A stretch of DNA of 61,066 nucleotides from Candidatus Omnitrophota bacterium (GTDB lineage Bacteria; Ratteibacteria; UBA8468; B48-G9; DTJG01): positions 1,901 to 62,966 of the forward strand of contig JAMWCC010000059.1 of assembly GCA_023818375.1 (NCBI GenBank), given 5' to 3'. The notes beneath the pieces were generated by a model. The model saw only the letters and a list, made by a program, of their open reading frames with translations, was not told the origin of the DNA and made no database searches. Each line of letters begins with the position of its first letter. Position 1 is the first letter of the stretch. Positions 9,226-18,524 of the stretch are shown one piece after another. The translations under genes and the position numbers were made by a program.

Positions 9226-11223
9226 ATGAAAAATGATATAATGGAAGGAATGAAAGTTTTGATAGAAATTTTTCTTGTGATTCTGGTATTTTGTACATCT
9301 GTATTTTCACAGGAGCGCGTTATGAAATTTTATGTTTCAAAAAATGGAAATGACAGCTGGTCAGGAAGGCTTTCAAAACCTGATAAAAATTTTACAGATG
9401 GACCATTTTTGACTCTTCAAAGGGCAATAGATGAAATTAAAAAACAAAAACAATTTCCTGTAACCATTGAGATAATGCAGGGAACCTATCAGATATTCAA
9501 TAAAATCCCGGTTGATTCCTGCAGAAACGTACTTATTAAAGGGAAAAATGTGATTTTTACTGGTGGTCAGCAAATCAGGAAATGGGAAAAGGTCAAAGAC
9601 CCATCTATTTTAGCCAGGTTAAATGAAAATGTCAGAAACCACGTTTTCAAGGCAAATCTAAAAGAAATCGGCATCAGTGATTTCGGCTCTTTCCATCAGC
9701 CATCATGGGCAGTCAGTACTGGTTCTCAAATGCAACTTTATTTCAATGGAAAACCAATGCAGATTGCAAGATGGCCTGAGGAGGGTTTTGCGTTTGTTGG
9801 AGAGATAGCAGGAAAAGGAAAATTCTTTTGCGATGCCGGAAGAGAAAAAATTGAAAAATGGAGTAAAGAAAAATCACTCAAGGCATACGGATACTGGTTT
9901 TATGAATGGGCAGCACAACATATGGAGATTGAATCGGTTGACCCAGAATCTTGTATCATCTCCATAAAAAACCCTGATTCCCACAGTTATGGCTATAAAA
10001 AAGGGGCAATGTATTTTATCTATAATGCATTAAGTGAAATAACACGGTCTGGTGAATGGTATCTGGATAAAGAAACCGGAGATATTTACTTTTATCCACC
10101 TACTGAAATTGAAAAGGGTGAGGCGACAATTTCAGTCAATAGCCAACCTATCATAGAGATAAAAAACAGTGAGAAAATTAAGATAGAAAACATTGTCTTT
10201 GAAAACTCAAGAAAAGAAGGAATTATTGTTTATGACAGTCAGGATGTAACAATTGAAAATTGTACTTTTAGGAACCTTGGGTGCTGGGCAATAAGGGCAG
10301 AAAATGTAAAAAACTCAAAGATACAGGATTGTGAAATCTATAATATCGGCGAAGGCGGAATACATCTTGAAGGCGGAGATAGAAAAACTCTTGAATCAGG
10401 AAACAATCTTATTGCAAACAACCATATCCATGATTTTTCACTCTGGATAAAGATTTACAGACCTGCAGTCCAGATTGATGGTGTAGGAAACAAAGTTACT
10501 AATAATCTTATTCACGATGCGCCACACATGGCAATTGGCTGGTCAGGAAATGAAAACATCATTGAATTTAACGAAATTTATAATGTTGTTCTTGAAACCA
10601 ATGACGCTGGTGCGATATACAGTGGAAGAGATCCTTCAATGCAAGGAAACATTATAAGATATAACTACTTCCATGATATTGGAAAAATTCAAGGTCATGG
10701 TGTTGCCAGTGTTTATCTTGATGATGGACACTGTGGAAATATTGTTTATGGCAATATTTTTTACAGAGGTAGCAAGCCGGGAAAGTCAAATTTTGGCGCT
10801 GTCTATATTCATGGTGGAAGATATAATCTGATTGAAAACAATATTTTTCTTGAATGTGAGCAGGCATATAATGAATCACCGTGGAACCAGGAACTATGGC
10901 ATCAGTTCTGGACAAAACCACCATACAACCAGAACTTATTTGGGGAAATTGATGTCAGAAAAGAACCATACCTTTCAAAGTATCCCTGGCTGAAAAATAT
11001 TCTTGAAGACACAAGACCCAATATCCTTGCGAGAAACATTGTTTATAAGTGCAGAAGGTTTGTGGATAGAGGGCAGCCAGAGCTGATTGATAATCTGGTT
11101 GAAATTGACCCTGTTTTCGAAAGTTGTGAACCACCCATGCTCAAACTGAAAAAAAATTCGCCTGCCTTCAGAATTGGATTCAATCAGATTCCAGTTGAAA
11201 GCATTGGATTGAAAAGAAAGTAG
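9226..11223 (+). CDS. Secreted right-handed parallel beta-helix repeat protein (pectate-lyase fold)
   Basis: Signal peptide [22 protein letters not shown] suggests ATG 9250 may be the true start. It has successive PbH1-like repeats: [54 protein letters not shown]. Confidence 0.7.
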   Translation: MKNDIMEGMKVLIEIFLVILVFCTSVFSQERVMKFYVSKNGNDSWSGRLSKPDKNFTDGPFLTLQRAIDEIKKQKQFPVTIEIMQGTYQIFNKIPVDSCRNVLIKGKNVIFTGGQQIRKWEKVKDPSILARLNENVRNHVFKANLKEIGISDFGSFHQPSWAVSTGSQMQLYFNGKPMQIARWPEEGFAFVGEIAGKGKFFCDAGREKIEKWSKEKSLKAYGYWFYEWAAQHMEIESVDPESCIISIKNPDSHSYGYKKGAMYFIYNALSEITRSGEWYLDKETGDIYFYPPTEIEKGEATISVNSQPIIEIKNSEKIKIENIVFENSRKEGIIVYDSQDVTIENCTFRNLGCWAIRAENVKNSKIQDCEIYNIGEGGIHLEGGDRKTLESGNNLIANNHIHDFSLWIKIYRPAVQIDGVGNKVTNNLIHDAPHMAIGWSGNENIIEFNEIYNVVLETNDAGAIYSGRDPSMQGNIIRYNYFHDIGKIQGHGVASVYLDDGHCGNIVYGNIFYRGSKPGKSNFGAVYIHGGRYNLIENNIFLECEQAYNESPWNQELWHQFWTKPPYNQNLFGEIDVRKEPYLSKYPWLKNILEDTRPNILARNIVYKCRRFVDRGQPELIDNLVEIDPVFESCEPPMLKLKKNSPAFRIGFNQIPVESIGLKRK

Positions 11224-11356
11224 TGAGTTTTAGAGGTTGTGTTCCAGCACTCTCCGTATATCCTTGGCAACAACTGAAAATCGGACAATAACAAATGTTG
11301 TTTTATTTTCTAAAAGTGGTAAAATAACACCAAAATTTTCCTTTTTAGCGGGGGCC

Positions 11357-13450
11357 ATGATGTTTGAACAATTTTTCTCGCCAAAATCTGTTGCAGTTAT
11401 TGGTGCTTCAAGAGAACCAGGTAAGCTTGGTTCACAGATTCTCAGCAATATCATATCGGGTCAGTATCAGGGTAAGATTTATCCGGTGAATCCTAAAGCT
11501 CCTGAAATTTCTGGACTGAAATGTTACCCCGATATTTCAAGTATCCCTGATGTACCCGAACTTGCCGTAATTGTTGTACCGGCAAAAATAGTTTGTTCTG
11601 TTATAGAAGAGTGTGGTAAAAAGGGTACAAAAGCAGCAGTCGTTATAAGCGCGGGATTTAAAGAAAGTGGACCCGAGGGCAAAAAAAGAGAGGAAGAACT
11701 TGTTGAAGTGGCAAAAAAATATGGATGCCGTATCATCGGCCCAAATTGCCTTGGAATCATTGACACATATTCTGATTTGAATGTATCCTTTGCTCCTGTG
11801 ATGCCAACAAAGGGAAGTATCGCTTTTATTTCTCAGTCAGGAGCACTCATCAGCGCAGTTCTTGACTGGTCAAGAAAACAAAAGATAGGTTTTTCAAGAA
11901 TTATCAGTATGGGAAATATGGCTGATGTTTCTGAAAGTGAACTGATTGAATCGTGTGCTGCCGATGAAAAAACAAAGGTTATTCTGTTTTATGTTGAAGG
12001 TGTAAAAGATGGAAGGGATTTTATTAACAGGGTTTCTAAAGTTACATCAAAAAAACCAGTCATTGCAATAAAAGCAGGACTTACTGGCTCAGGATCAAAA
12101 GCTGCTTCTTCTCATACTGGAAGTTTAGCCGGAATGGCAGAAGCGTATGGAGCAGCTTTCAAAAAGACAGGGGTACTACAGGTTTCAAATATGGAAGAGC
12201 TATTCGACCTTTCACTGGCATTTGCTTATCAACCATTGATAAAAGGTGACAAAATTGCAGTCGTAACAAACGCAGGGGGTCCTGCAGTACTTGCCACAGA
12301 CGCTGTAGAAAAACAGGGTCTTAAAATGGCAACCCTTTCGGAACAAACAGAAAGTACTCTTAAAAAGAATCTTCCACCAGCAGCAAATATACATAACCCG
12401 GTTGATGTACTGGGGGATGCAACAGAACAAGGCTATAAGGTTGCTCTTGAAAATGTGATGAAAGAGGATAATGTGGATGGTGTGCTTGTTATAGTTACTC
12501 CGCAGACAATTACACGACCACTTGAAACAGCACACGTAGTTGTCGAAAATGCTAACAGATACAAAAAAACAGTTGTCACAAGTTTTATGGGTGGGGTTTC
12601 GGTTGAAGTTGCCATTGACTTTTTGAGACAGAGCAAAATTCCAAATTATGATTTTCCTGAAAGGGCGATAAGAGCGTTAAAAGCAATGGTTGATTATGTA
12701 AAAGTCCTAGAAAGGAAGAATGGACCGACAGTGGAAATAGCCGCGGATAAAGATATGGTTTCAAAAATTCTTCAGCAGGTAAAAAAATCAGAAAGCAGAA
12801 ATCTGACTGACTATCAGGCAAGAGAAATCTTTGGTGCTTATGGAATAAGGGGTCCTGAAAGGTATCTTGCGAAAAATGTGGATGAAGCAATAAGCAATGC
12901 AAAAAAAATTGGTTATCCTGTAGTGGCTAAAATAGTCAGTCCTGATATCCTTCACAAAACCGAGTCAGGTGGAGTAAGAATCAATATTTTGAATGATGAA
13001 GAAATGAAAAAGTCCTTCAACGAGATTATGAAATCCGTTAAGCAATATTTACCATCAGCACGAATTGAAGGAATTGAAATTCAGGAAATGGTTAAGGGAG
13101 TTCAGGAAGTAATTATAGGGGTTAAGAAGGATATTCAGTTTGGGCATCTTATCATGTTTGGACTTGGTGGAATTTTTGTTGAAGTGCTGAAAGATGTTAC
13201 CTTCGGTATTGTGCCTGTGGATCGGCAGGAAGCACTTGAAATGATAAAAGAAATAAAGGGTTATAAACTTTTGAGCGGTTTCAGAAATCTTCCGGAAGCT
13301 GATATAGATGGACTTGTTGAAACCATTGTAAAAGTATCACAGATGTGTCAGGATTTTCCGGAAATTAAAGAGCTGGACATAAACCCGCTTGTTGTCAAGG
13401 AAAAAGGTAAAGGAACCGTGATGATAGACGCAAGAATTATATTTGAATAA
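11357..13450 (+). CDS. Acetate--CoA ligase (ADP-forming), fused alpha/beta (NDP-forming acyl-CoA synthetase)
   Basis: MFEQFFSPKSVAVIGASREPGKLG is a CoA-binding fold and SSHTGSLAG is the phospho-His loop. The C-terminal half is an ATP-grasp (GYPVVAKIVSPDILHKTESGGV). The first 40 codons of the track ORF (from 11237) look non-coding, so ATG 11357 was chosen. Confidence 0.85.
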   Translation: MMFEQFFSPKSVAVIGASREPGKLGSQILSNIISGQYQGKIYPVNPKAPEISGLKCYPDISSIPDVPELAVIVVPAKIVCSVIEECGKKGTKAAVVISAGFKESGPEGKKREEELVEVAKKYGCRIIGPNCLGIIDTYSDLNVSFAPVMPTKGSIAFISQSGALISAVLDWSRKQKIGFSRIISMGNMADVSESELIESCAADEKTKVILFYVEGVKDGRDFINRVSKVTSKKPVIAIKAGLTGSGSKAASSHTGSLAGMAEAYGAAFKKTGVLQVSNMEELFDLSLAFAYQPLIKGDKIAVVTNAGGPAVLATDAVEKQGLKMATLSEQTESTLKKNLPPAANIHNPVDVLGDATEQGYKVALENVMKEDNVDGVLVIVTPQTITRPLETAHVVVENANRYKKTVVTSFMGGVSVEVAIDFLRQSKIPNYDFPERAIRALKAMVDYVKVLERKNGPTVEIAADKDMVSKILQQVKKSESRNLTDYQAREIFGAYGIRGPERYLAKNVDEAISNAKKIGYPVVAKIVSPDILHKTESGGVRINILNDEEMKKSFNEIMKSVKQYLPSARIEGIEIQEMVKGVQEVIIGVKKDIQFGHLIMFGLGGIFVEVLKDVTFGIVPVDRQEALEMIKEIKGYKLLSGFRNLPEADIDGLVETIVKVSQMCQDFPEIKELDINPLVVKEKGKGTVMIDARIIFE

Positions 13451-13461
13451 AAGGGGGAAAG

Positions 13462-14511
13462 ATGAAAAATGGAAAGTATCTTGTTGGAGTAATTGGTGCT
13501 GGTGGAATCGGAAGATATCACATTGATGGATGGAAAAAACTTCCTGATGTGGTTGTTTACGGAATAGCAGACACAAATGCAACTACTCTTGAGACAGTTA
13601 GCAAACAATATGAAATACCTGTTGCGGTGAAAGATTATAAAAATTTGATAAAGATTGAAGAAATAGATATCATTGATGTTTGCACACCAAATTCTTTTCA
13701 TTATCCTGTAACAATTGCTGCCTTAAAAAACGGCAAGCATGTTTTGTGTGAAAAGCCCCTTGCTACAAAAAGTGAGCATGTTAAAAAGATGATACAGGCA
13801 GCAAAAGAAAACAAAAGAAAGCTGATGGCAGCTCAGAATCAAAGATTTTCGTACGCAGGAAAAATGACAAAAAAAATTATAGATGATGGGGAACTTGGAG
13901 AAATCTATTTTGCACAATGCTATGCGGTAAGAAGAAGAGAACTACCATCAAGCGACACCTTTATAAAAAAAGAATTATCAGGCGGTGGTCCGATGTTTGA
14001 TATCGGGGTACATATCCTTGACATTGTTTACTGGTTTATGGGATGCCCAAAAGTACATTCTGTCAAGGGGGTAATGTTTACGAAACTTGCAAGAAACAAA
14101 GGCATTACAGGTACCTGGGGACAATGGGATCCTGAAAAATACGAGGTTGAAGATTTCGCTGCTGGATTTGTTCTTTTCAAGGATGGCAGGGCTCTTCAGC
14201 TTACCTGTAGTTTCCTATCAAACCTTCCATCTAATTGGTCAGCAAGTCTATATGGGACAAAGGCAGGTATGATATGGCCAGAAATGAAATTATTCTCTGA
14301 ACTTTCTGGAATGCACAGAGATTCAACATTGACACCAATTGTACCAGAAAAAGAACCCTCCCATCACATAGAAATAAAGGAATTTCTTGATTGCGTCAAA
14401 ACAGGAAAGGATGTATTGGTAAAACCAGAAGAATCTCTGGAAGTAATCGGAATTCTCGAGTCAATGTATATCTCTCACGAAAAAAAGAAAGAAGTAATAT
14501 TTCAGGGTTGA
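13462..14511 (+). CDS. Gfo/Idh/MocA family oxidoreductase
   Basis: VGVIGAGGIGRYH Rossmann motif, CEKPLA (EKP motif), and a C-terminal alpha/beta domain. GGGGGAAAG RBS upstream. Confidence 0.85.
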   Translation: MKNGKYLVGVIGAGGIGRYHIDGWKKLPDVVVYGIADTNATTLETVSKQYEIPVAVKDYKNLIKIEEIDIIDVCTPNSFHYPVTIAALKNGKHVLCEKPLATKSEHVKKMIQAAKENKRKLMAAQNQRFSYAGKMTKKIIDDGELGEIYFAQCYAVRRRELPSSDTFIKKELSGGGPMFDIGVHILDIVYWFMGCPKVHSVKGVMFTKLARNKGITGTWGQWDPEKYEVEDFAAGFVLFKDGRALQLTCSFLSNLPSNWSASLYGTKAGMIWPEMKLFSELSGMHRDSTLTPIVPEKEPSHHIEIKEFLDCVKTGKDVLVKPEESLEVIGILESMYISHEKKKEVIFQG

Positions 14512-14549
14512 CCAAAAATATATTTTCAGTAATAATATCCGAGGTGGCT

Positions 14550-15464
14550 ATGAGATATATTATATCAACACTTATCCTATTTTCATTTACTGGTTCACTT
14601 TTTGGATACTGGGAATGGACCCCGCAAACAGGCAGATGGATAAATCCCAAGTATGCAGTAAAAGATACAGACAAAGAACAATGGGAATATGCAGAATCTT
14701 TTAAGGTTGCTCAAAACAATGAAGCTGCTTTAAGAGAGTATTCAAAACTTGTTAAACACTACCCACTATCACCTTATGCGCCGAAAGCCCTTTTTGAATC
14801 AGCCAAAATCTATTCAAAAATAGGCGATAAAGAGAATGCATTTAAAAAACTTGATGAAATAATCAAAAGGTATCCTGCCTATCCTGAAATTGAGCAGGTT
14901 CTTAAGATGCAGAGAGAAATATCCCTAGAATTACTTGGGAAAAAACAATTAAGATTAATTGACAAGTTAAAAGATCCTTCAAAAAAATATGAAGCCATCG
15001 AAAGAGCTATTGAATCAGACCCTTTCAGTCCCGAAACCCCACCTATTGTATTGCAACTTGCATCAAAATATGCAAAAAGCGGTGAGATGGAAAAAGCAAT
15101 AAAGCTTTATGAACAGGTAATCAAGGATTTTCCTTCCACAAAGTGGGAAGAAAAGGCACGCTACGAGATGTTGATGTATGAGATAAAAAATATTCCTGCA
15201 GGAAGTACTGATGTTTCAAAATTTTCTGCGGTTGAAAGAAGTATAGATAATTTTATTTCTGATTTTCCAGAAAGTTCTTATAATGAACTGTTGAAAAAGA
15301 AAAAAGCAGAACTTAGAAATGAAATAGCAGGAAGACTATTCAATGTGGCTCAAATATATCAAAAAAATGGACATCATAAAAGTGCAGAGATTTATTACAG
15401 AAAGGTAAGAACTCTTTATCCAGAAACAGAATATGCAAAAAAGGTTCCTTCTGGTAGCAGCTAA
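14550..15464 (+). CDS. TPR protein, BamD (YfiO)-like outer-membrane assembly factor
   Basis: ATG 14550 follows a GAGGTGG RBS; the track's longer ORF overlaps the previous gene. It has an N-terminal hydrophobic leader MRYIISTLILFSFTGSLFG without a lipobox Cys. TPR-like repeats are present (YSKLVKHYPLSPYAPKALFESAKIY...). Its position next to lptE supports the call. Confidence 0.5.
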   Translation: MRYIISTLILFSFTGSLFGYWEWTPQTGRWINPKYAVKDTDKEQWEYAESFKVAQNNEAALREYSKLVKHYPLSPYAPKALFESAKIYSKIGDKENAFKKLDEIIKRYPAYPEIEQVLKMQREISLELLGKKQLRLIDKLKDPSKKYEAIERAIESDPFSPETPPIVLQLASKYAKSGEMEKAIKLYEQVIKDFPSTKWEEKARYEMLMYEIKNIPAGSTDVSKFSAVERSIDNFISDFPESSYNELLKKKKAELRNEIAGRLFNVAQIYQKNGHHKSAEIYYRKVRTLYPETEYAKKVPSGSS

Positions 15465-15915
15465 TATATTTATACTTCTTTTGGCAGGTTGTGGATACAA
15501 GCTTATAAATCCTTCACAAAAAACCGTGTATGTTGAGCCTTTTTCTAATTTCACCATCCAACCCGAAATCGATTTGTATCTGGTGAAAAATTTAAAAAAA
15601 ACACTGGCACAGTCTGTTGGATTTATGGTTGTATCTAACAAAAAGGATGCCGATATAATTATAAGAGGCATGATACACAAATTCATAAGAAACCCAGAGT
15701 TTATAGCCGGATCAGACAACTTAATCATGGCTTCCTATAGAATAAAGGTTATTGTTGAGATTGAAAAGGAAAATCAAACTCGACAAAAAGAAATTGAACA
15801 GACTTACTTCCTTGAATTATCAGAAAAACTTAATACACAGCAGCTACTTGAGATTATTTCAAATAGAATATCACAGGACATTTATTTGAAGCTTATTGAG
15901 GAAAATGAAAAATAG
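15433..15915 (+). CDS. lptE: LPS-assembly lipoprotein LptE-like
   Basis: Lipobox LLLAGC followed by GYKL, as in LptE (CGF/Y-x-L). About 160 aa. Located immediately upstream of a holA-like gene, the conserved lptE-holA synteny. Confidence 0.55.
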   Translation: MQKRFLLVAANIFILLLAGCGYKLINPSQKTVYVEPFSNFTIQPEIDLYLVKNLKKTLAQSVGFMVVSNKKDADIIIRGMIHKFIRNPEFIAGSDNLIMASYRIKVIVEIEKENQTRQKEIEQTYFLELSEKLNTQQLLEIISNRISQDIYLKLIEENEK

Positions 15916-16546
15916 GATTAGTTTTTTTATTGGACCACCACAGCTTACATCAGAAAGGATTACACAACTCATTGATGAAATTTCCGGCAGGTACTCAAGC
16001 ATCGAAGTGAAAAAATATTATGGAGTTGAATTTAATCCCGAGATGTTTGTGAATGACCTTCTTGAAAACTCTCTCTTTGTATCCGCAAAAATTTTAATTG
16101 TGTATCAGACTGAAGAAATAGAAAAAAGTGTGTGGGAACAAGTAATACTACCTGTACTTGAAAAAACCACAGAAAACACTTTTGTAATCTTTGAAGGAAC
16201 TTCAATTAAGACAAAAGTGCAGGATTATGAAGTTGAATATTTCGAAGATGTTGAAAATCTTTTTAGAAAAATTTATAAAAAAACGTGGCAGAAGCAATTA
16301 ACTGCAAGAGATATTTTTGAAATTTCCCAATTTCTTAAGAAAAATCCCTATGAATTCACTGGAATTATTGGAATGATTGGTAGACATCTGGAAAATCTCC
16401 TTGTTCAGAAACTTATCACCGAAGAAGAATTTTTAGAAAAACTTCAAAGACTCACAGATATTGACTTTGGATTAAAATCGGGTAAACTGCCCAATGAACC
16501 TGGTTGGGAAACCTTATTATTAAACTTGCTTGATATCCGTAGTTAG
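15896..16546 (+). CDS. holA: DNA polymerase III delta subunit-like (short)
   Basis: N-terminal pattern FFIGPP...SLFVSAKILIVY and C-terminal LTDIDFGLKSGKLP...LETLLLNLL resemble HolA. Only 216 aa (or 213 aa from ATG 15905). Synteny with lptE supports the call. Confidence 0.45.
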   Translation: MRKMKNRISFFIGPPQLTSERITQLIDEISGRYSSIEVKKYYGVEFNPEMFVNDLLENSLFVSAKILIVYQTEEIEKSVWEQVILPVLEKTTENTFVIFEGTSIKTKVQDYEVEYFEDVENLFRKIYKKTWQKQLTARDIFEISQFLKKNPYEFTGIIGMIGRHLENLLVQKLITEEEFLEKLQRLTDIDFGLKSGKLPNEPGWETLLLNLLDIRS

Positions 16547-16804
16547 CTTGTTCACTGTTTTCATCAATACACTTTTCTTTCTTGCAGCAGTATTTTTGTG
16601 TAAGACGCCCTTTGACGCAGCCTTATCTATTTCCTTTATGGCAGTATTCAACGAAGGTCTATAGTCCTGTCCCTCAAGTATCTGCTTCTTTACTTTTTTT
16701 ATCAGTCCCTTTATTTTTGTAAGTATCTGCCTATTTTTCATCCTTCTCTTTTGCTCTTGTCTTTGTCTTTTAAGAACCGAGGGCTTTTTCTTCTTACCTG
16801 GCAT
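16520..16804 (-). CDS. rpsT: 30S ribosomal protein S20
   Basis: ATG 16804 is preceded by AAGGAGG. MPGKKKKPSVLKRQRQEQKRRMKNRQ...KGVLHKNTAARKKS is typical S20. The track start (16864) adds 20 unlikely residues. The gene overlaps the holA 3' end by 27 nt. Confidence 0.9.
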   Translation of the reverse strand: MPGKKKKPSVLKRQRQEQKRRMKNRQILTKIKGLIKKVKKQILEGQDYRPSLNTAIKEIDKAASKGVLHKNTAARKKSVLMKTVNKLTTDIKQV

Positions 16805-16897
16805 GACAATTCCTCCTTTTCGTTGTAGTATATCATATAAATGAAATTTGGTAAAGCTTTGCAAACTAAAACAAAACGAAAAAAATTCGTCTAAATC

Positions 16898-17428
16898 ATG
16901 GAAAGAAAAGATTTTGAAGAACTTTATAAAATGTATGCACCAGTGCTATACAGAACTGCGTTCAGGATGGTAAAGAATGATGCAGACGCACTTGATATTG
17001 TACAGGAAGCTTTTATAAGAATTTATAACAATTTTGATAAATTCAAGAGGCGGTCAAGTATTCAAACATGGATGTACAGAATAGTTATGAATCTGTGCTA
17101 TGACTATTTTAGACGAAAAAAGAAGGTTACGTTTGTTTCCGAAGATGAGATATTTAAAGATGGTGAAGAACAAGGACAGTTTACAAAAAACAACCTAAAT
17201 GATTTTGAAAACCTGGAAGACAAAAGGAAGCAAAATCTTCAGAAGGCACTTGAACATTTAACTTTAAGGCAGAGAACAGTTTTTAATTTCAGAATATATG
17301 AAGAACTTTCTTATGAAGAAATTGCATCTATTATGAAGATAAAAGTTGGTACAGCAAAGGCAACATTTTTCCAGGCAGTTGAAAAGATAAAACAGATTAT
17401 GAAGGAGATGGAGAAAAATGAAATGTGA
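16898..17428 (+). CDS. ECF (sigma-70 family) RNA polymerase sigma factor
   Basis: Region 2 (DIVQEAFIRIYNNF, WMYRIVMNLCYDYFRRK) and region 4 HTH (LSYEEIASIMKIKVGTAKATFFQAVEKI). Confidence 0.85.
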   Translation: MERKDFEELYKMYAPVLYRTAFRMVKNDADALDIVQEAFIRIYNNFDKFKRRSSIQTWMYRIVMNLCYDYFRRKKKVTFVSEDEIFKDGEEQGQFTKNNLNDFENLEDKRKQNLQKALEHLTLRQRTVFNFRIYEELSYEEIASIMKIKVGTAKATFFQAVEKIKQIMKEMEKNEM

Positions 17429-17906
17429 AGAAATTAGAAAAAAAATTTTAGATCTTATTGATGGAACATTACCTGAAAATTTTCAACAGATAATTCATAA
17501 GCATCTTGAAGAATGTAATGTTTGTAGAAATGAATTTGAGTCATTAAGGAAAATTCTAATTTCAGCAAAAAAGATTAAAGTACCAGAATATGATCGATCT
17601 TTTTGGAACTCAAGGTACGAAATGCTTTTATCGAAAGCTCAGCAAAGATATAAAAAACATATTTTCATCAAGAGACTAAAGATTGTCTTTGGTTTTCTTG
17701 GTATATTTTTGATCTTTATTGTCTCAAAATCATATTTAAAAGAAACCGAGCCCATAATACCACCGGTTGGTGAAATCACATATCATATACCTGATGATGT
17801 CCTTTCTGAAAAAACCCTTTTACTACCAGTCGATGAGATGAAGAAAATTTTCGAATTTCTTGAACCTGAAGACCAAATGACCATCCTTGCAGAATACTTG
17901 AATTAA
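17418..17906 (+). CDS. Anti-sigma factor (zf-HC2 type), single-pass membrane protein
   Basis: Overlaps the sigma gene by 11 nt. It has an H-x3-C-x2-C motif (HLEECNVCRNEF) and a central TM helix (IVFGFLGIFLIFIV). Confidence 0.7.
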   Translation: MKCEEIRKKILDLIDGTLPENFQQIIHKHLEECNVCRNEFESLRKILISAKKIKVPEYDRSFWNSRYEMLLSKAQQRYKKHIFIKRLKIVFGFLGIFLIFIVSKSYLKETEPIIPPVGEITYHIPDDVLSEKTLLLPVDEMKKIFEFLEPEDQMTILAEYLN

Positions 17907-17933
17907 AATAAGTTTTGGTTGTAAAATTTTTTT

Positions 17934-18524
17934 ATGAAAAGATTTATAAAACTTCCACAACCAAAAACAAAGAGCAATATTTCTCTGGAGGAAGCAATAA
18001 ATAAAAGACATTCAACCAGGGCGTTTAGTAATAGTCCTCTGGAAATTGAAGAGATATCCCAGATTCTATGGGCTGCCTATGGGAAAAATGCACATGGAAA
18101 GAAAACTGTACCATCTGCTGGTGCTACGTATCCATTTGATATATACCTTGTTGTCGGCAGCGTTAACAACCTTGAAAATGGAGTTTATCTTTACGATGGC
18201 GCAAATCATACGCTTTCACTTATTAAACCAGGAGACATCAGAAAACAACTTGCTCAGGCATCTTTTGGACAATCTTTTGTTGCACAAGCACCTGCAACAG
18301 TTGTTCTTGTCGCCCAGTTTAAAAGGACAACCTCATTTTATGGAAAAAGGGGCGAAAGGTATGTATATCTTGATGCAGGACATATAGGACAAAATGTCTC
18401 CTTACAGGTTGAAACTTTAGGCCTTGCCACATGTATGGTAGGTGCTTTTGATGATATAGGTGTTGCAAAAATTTTAGATGTACAAGGTGATGTTGTTTAT
18501 ATTATACCTGTTGGCAGACCATGA
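17934..18524 (+). CDS. Nitroreductase-fold protein (SagB-type dehydrogenase domain)
   Basis: LEEAINKRHSTRAF, ISQILWAAYG, PSAGATYPFDIYLVV and YLDAGHIGQNVSLQ are typical of the SagB/ThcOx nitroreductase subgroup. Confidence 0.65.
   Translation: MKRFIKLPQPKTKSNISLEEAINKRHSTRAFSNSPLEIEEISQILWAAYGKNAHGKKTVPSAGATYPFDIYLVVGSVNNLENGVYLYDGANHTLSLIKPGDIRKQLAQASFGQSFVAQAPATVVLVAQFKRTTSFYGKRGERYVYLDAGHIGQNVSLQVETLGLATCMVGAFDDIGVAKILDVQGDVVYIIPVGRP

Noticed and set aside
11237-11356. N-terminal 40-codon extension of the acetyl-CoA synthetase ORF, plus antisense ORF 11230-11454
   Set aside because: The extension has no homology-like pattern. The canonical N-terminus MFEQFFSPKSVAVIGAS starts at ATG 11357. 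The same logic was applied to the track extensions at 14391 (BamD-like), 16864 (rpsT), 26591 (adaptor) and 35383 (GH3).
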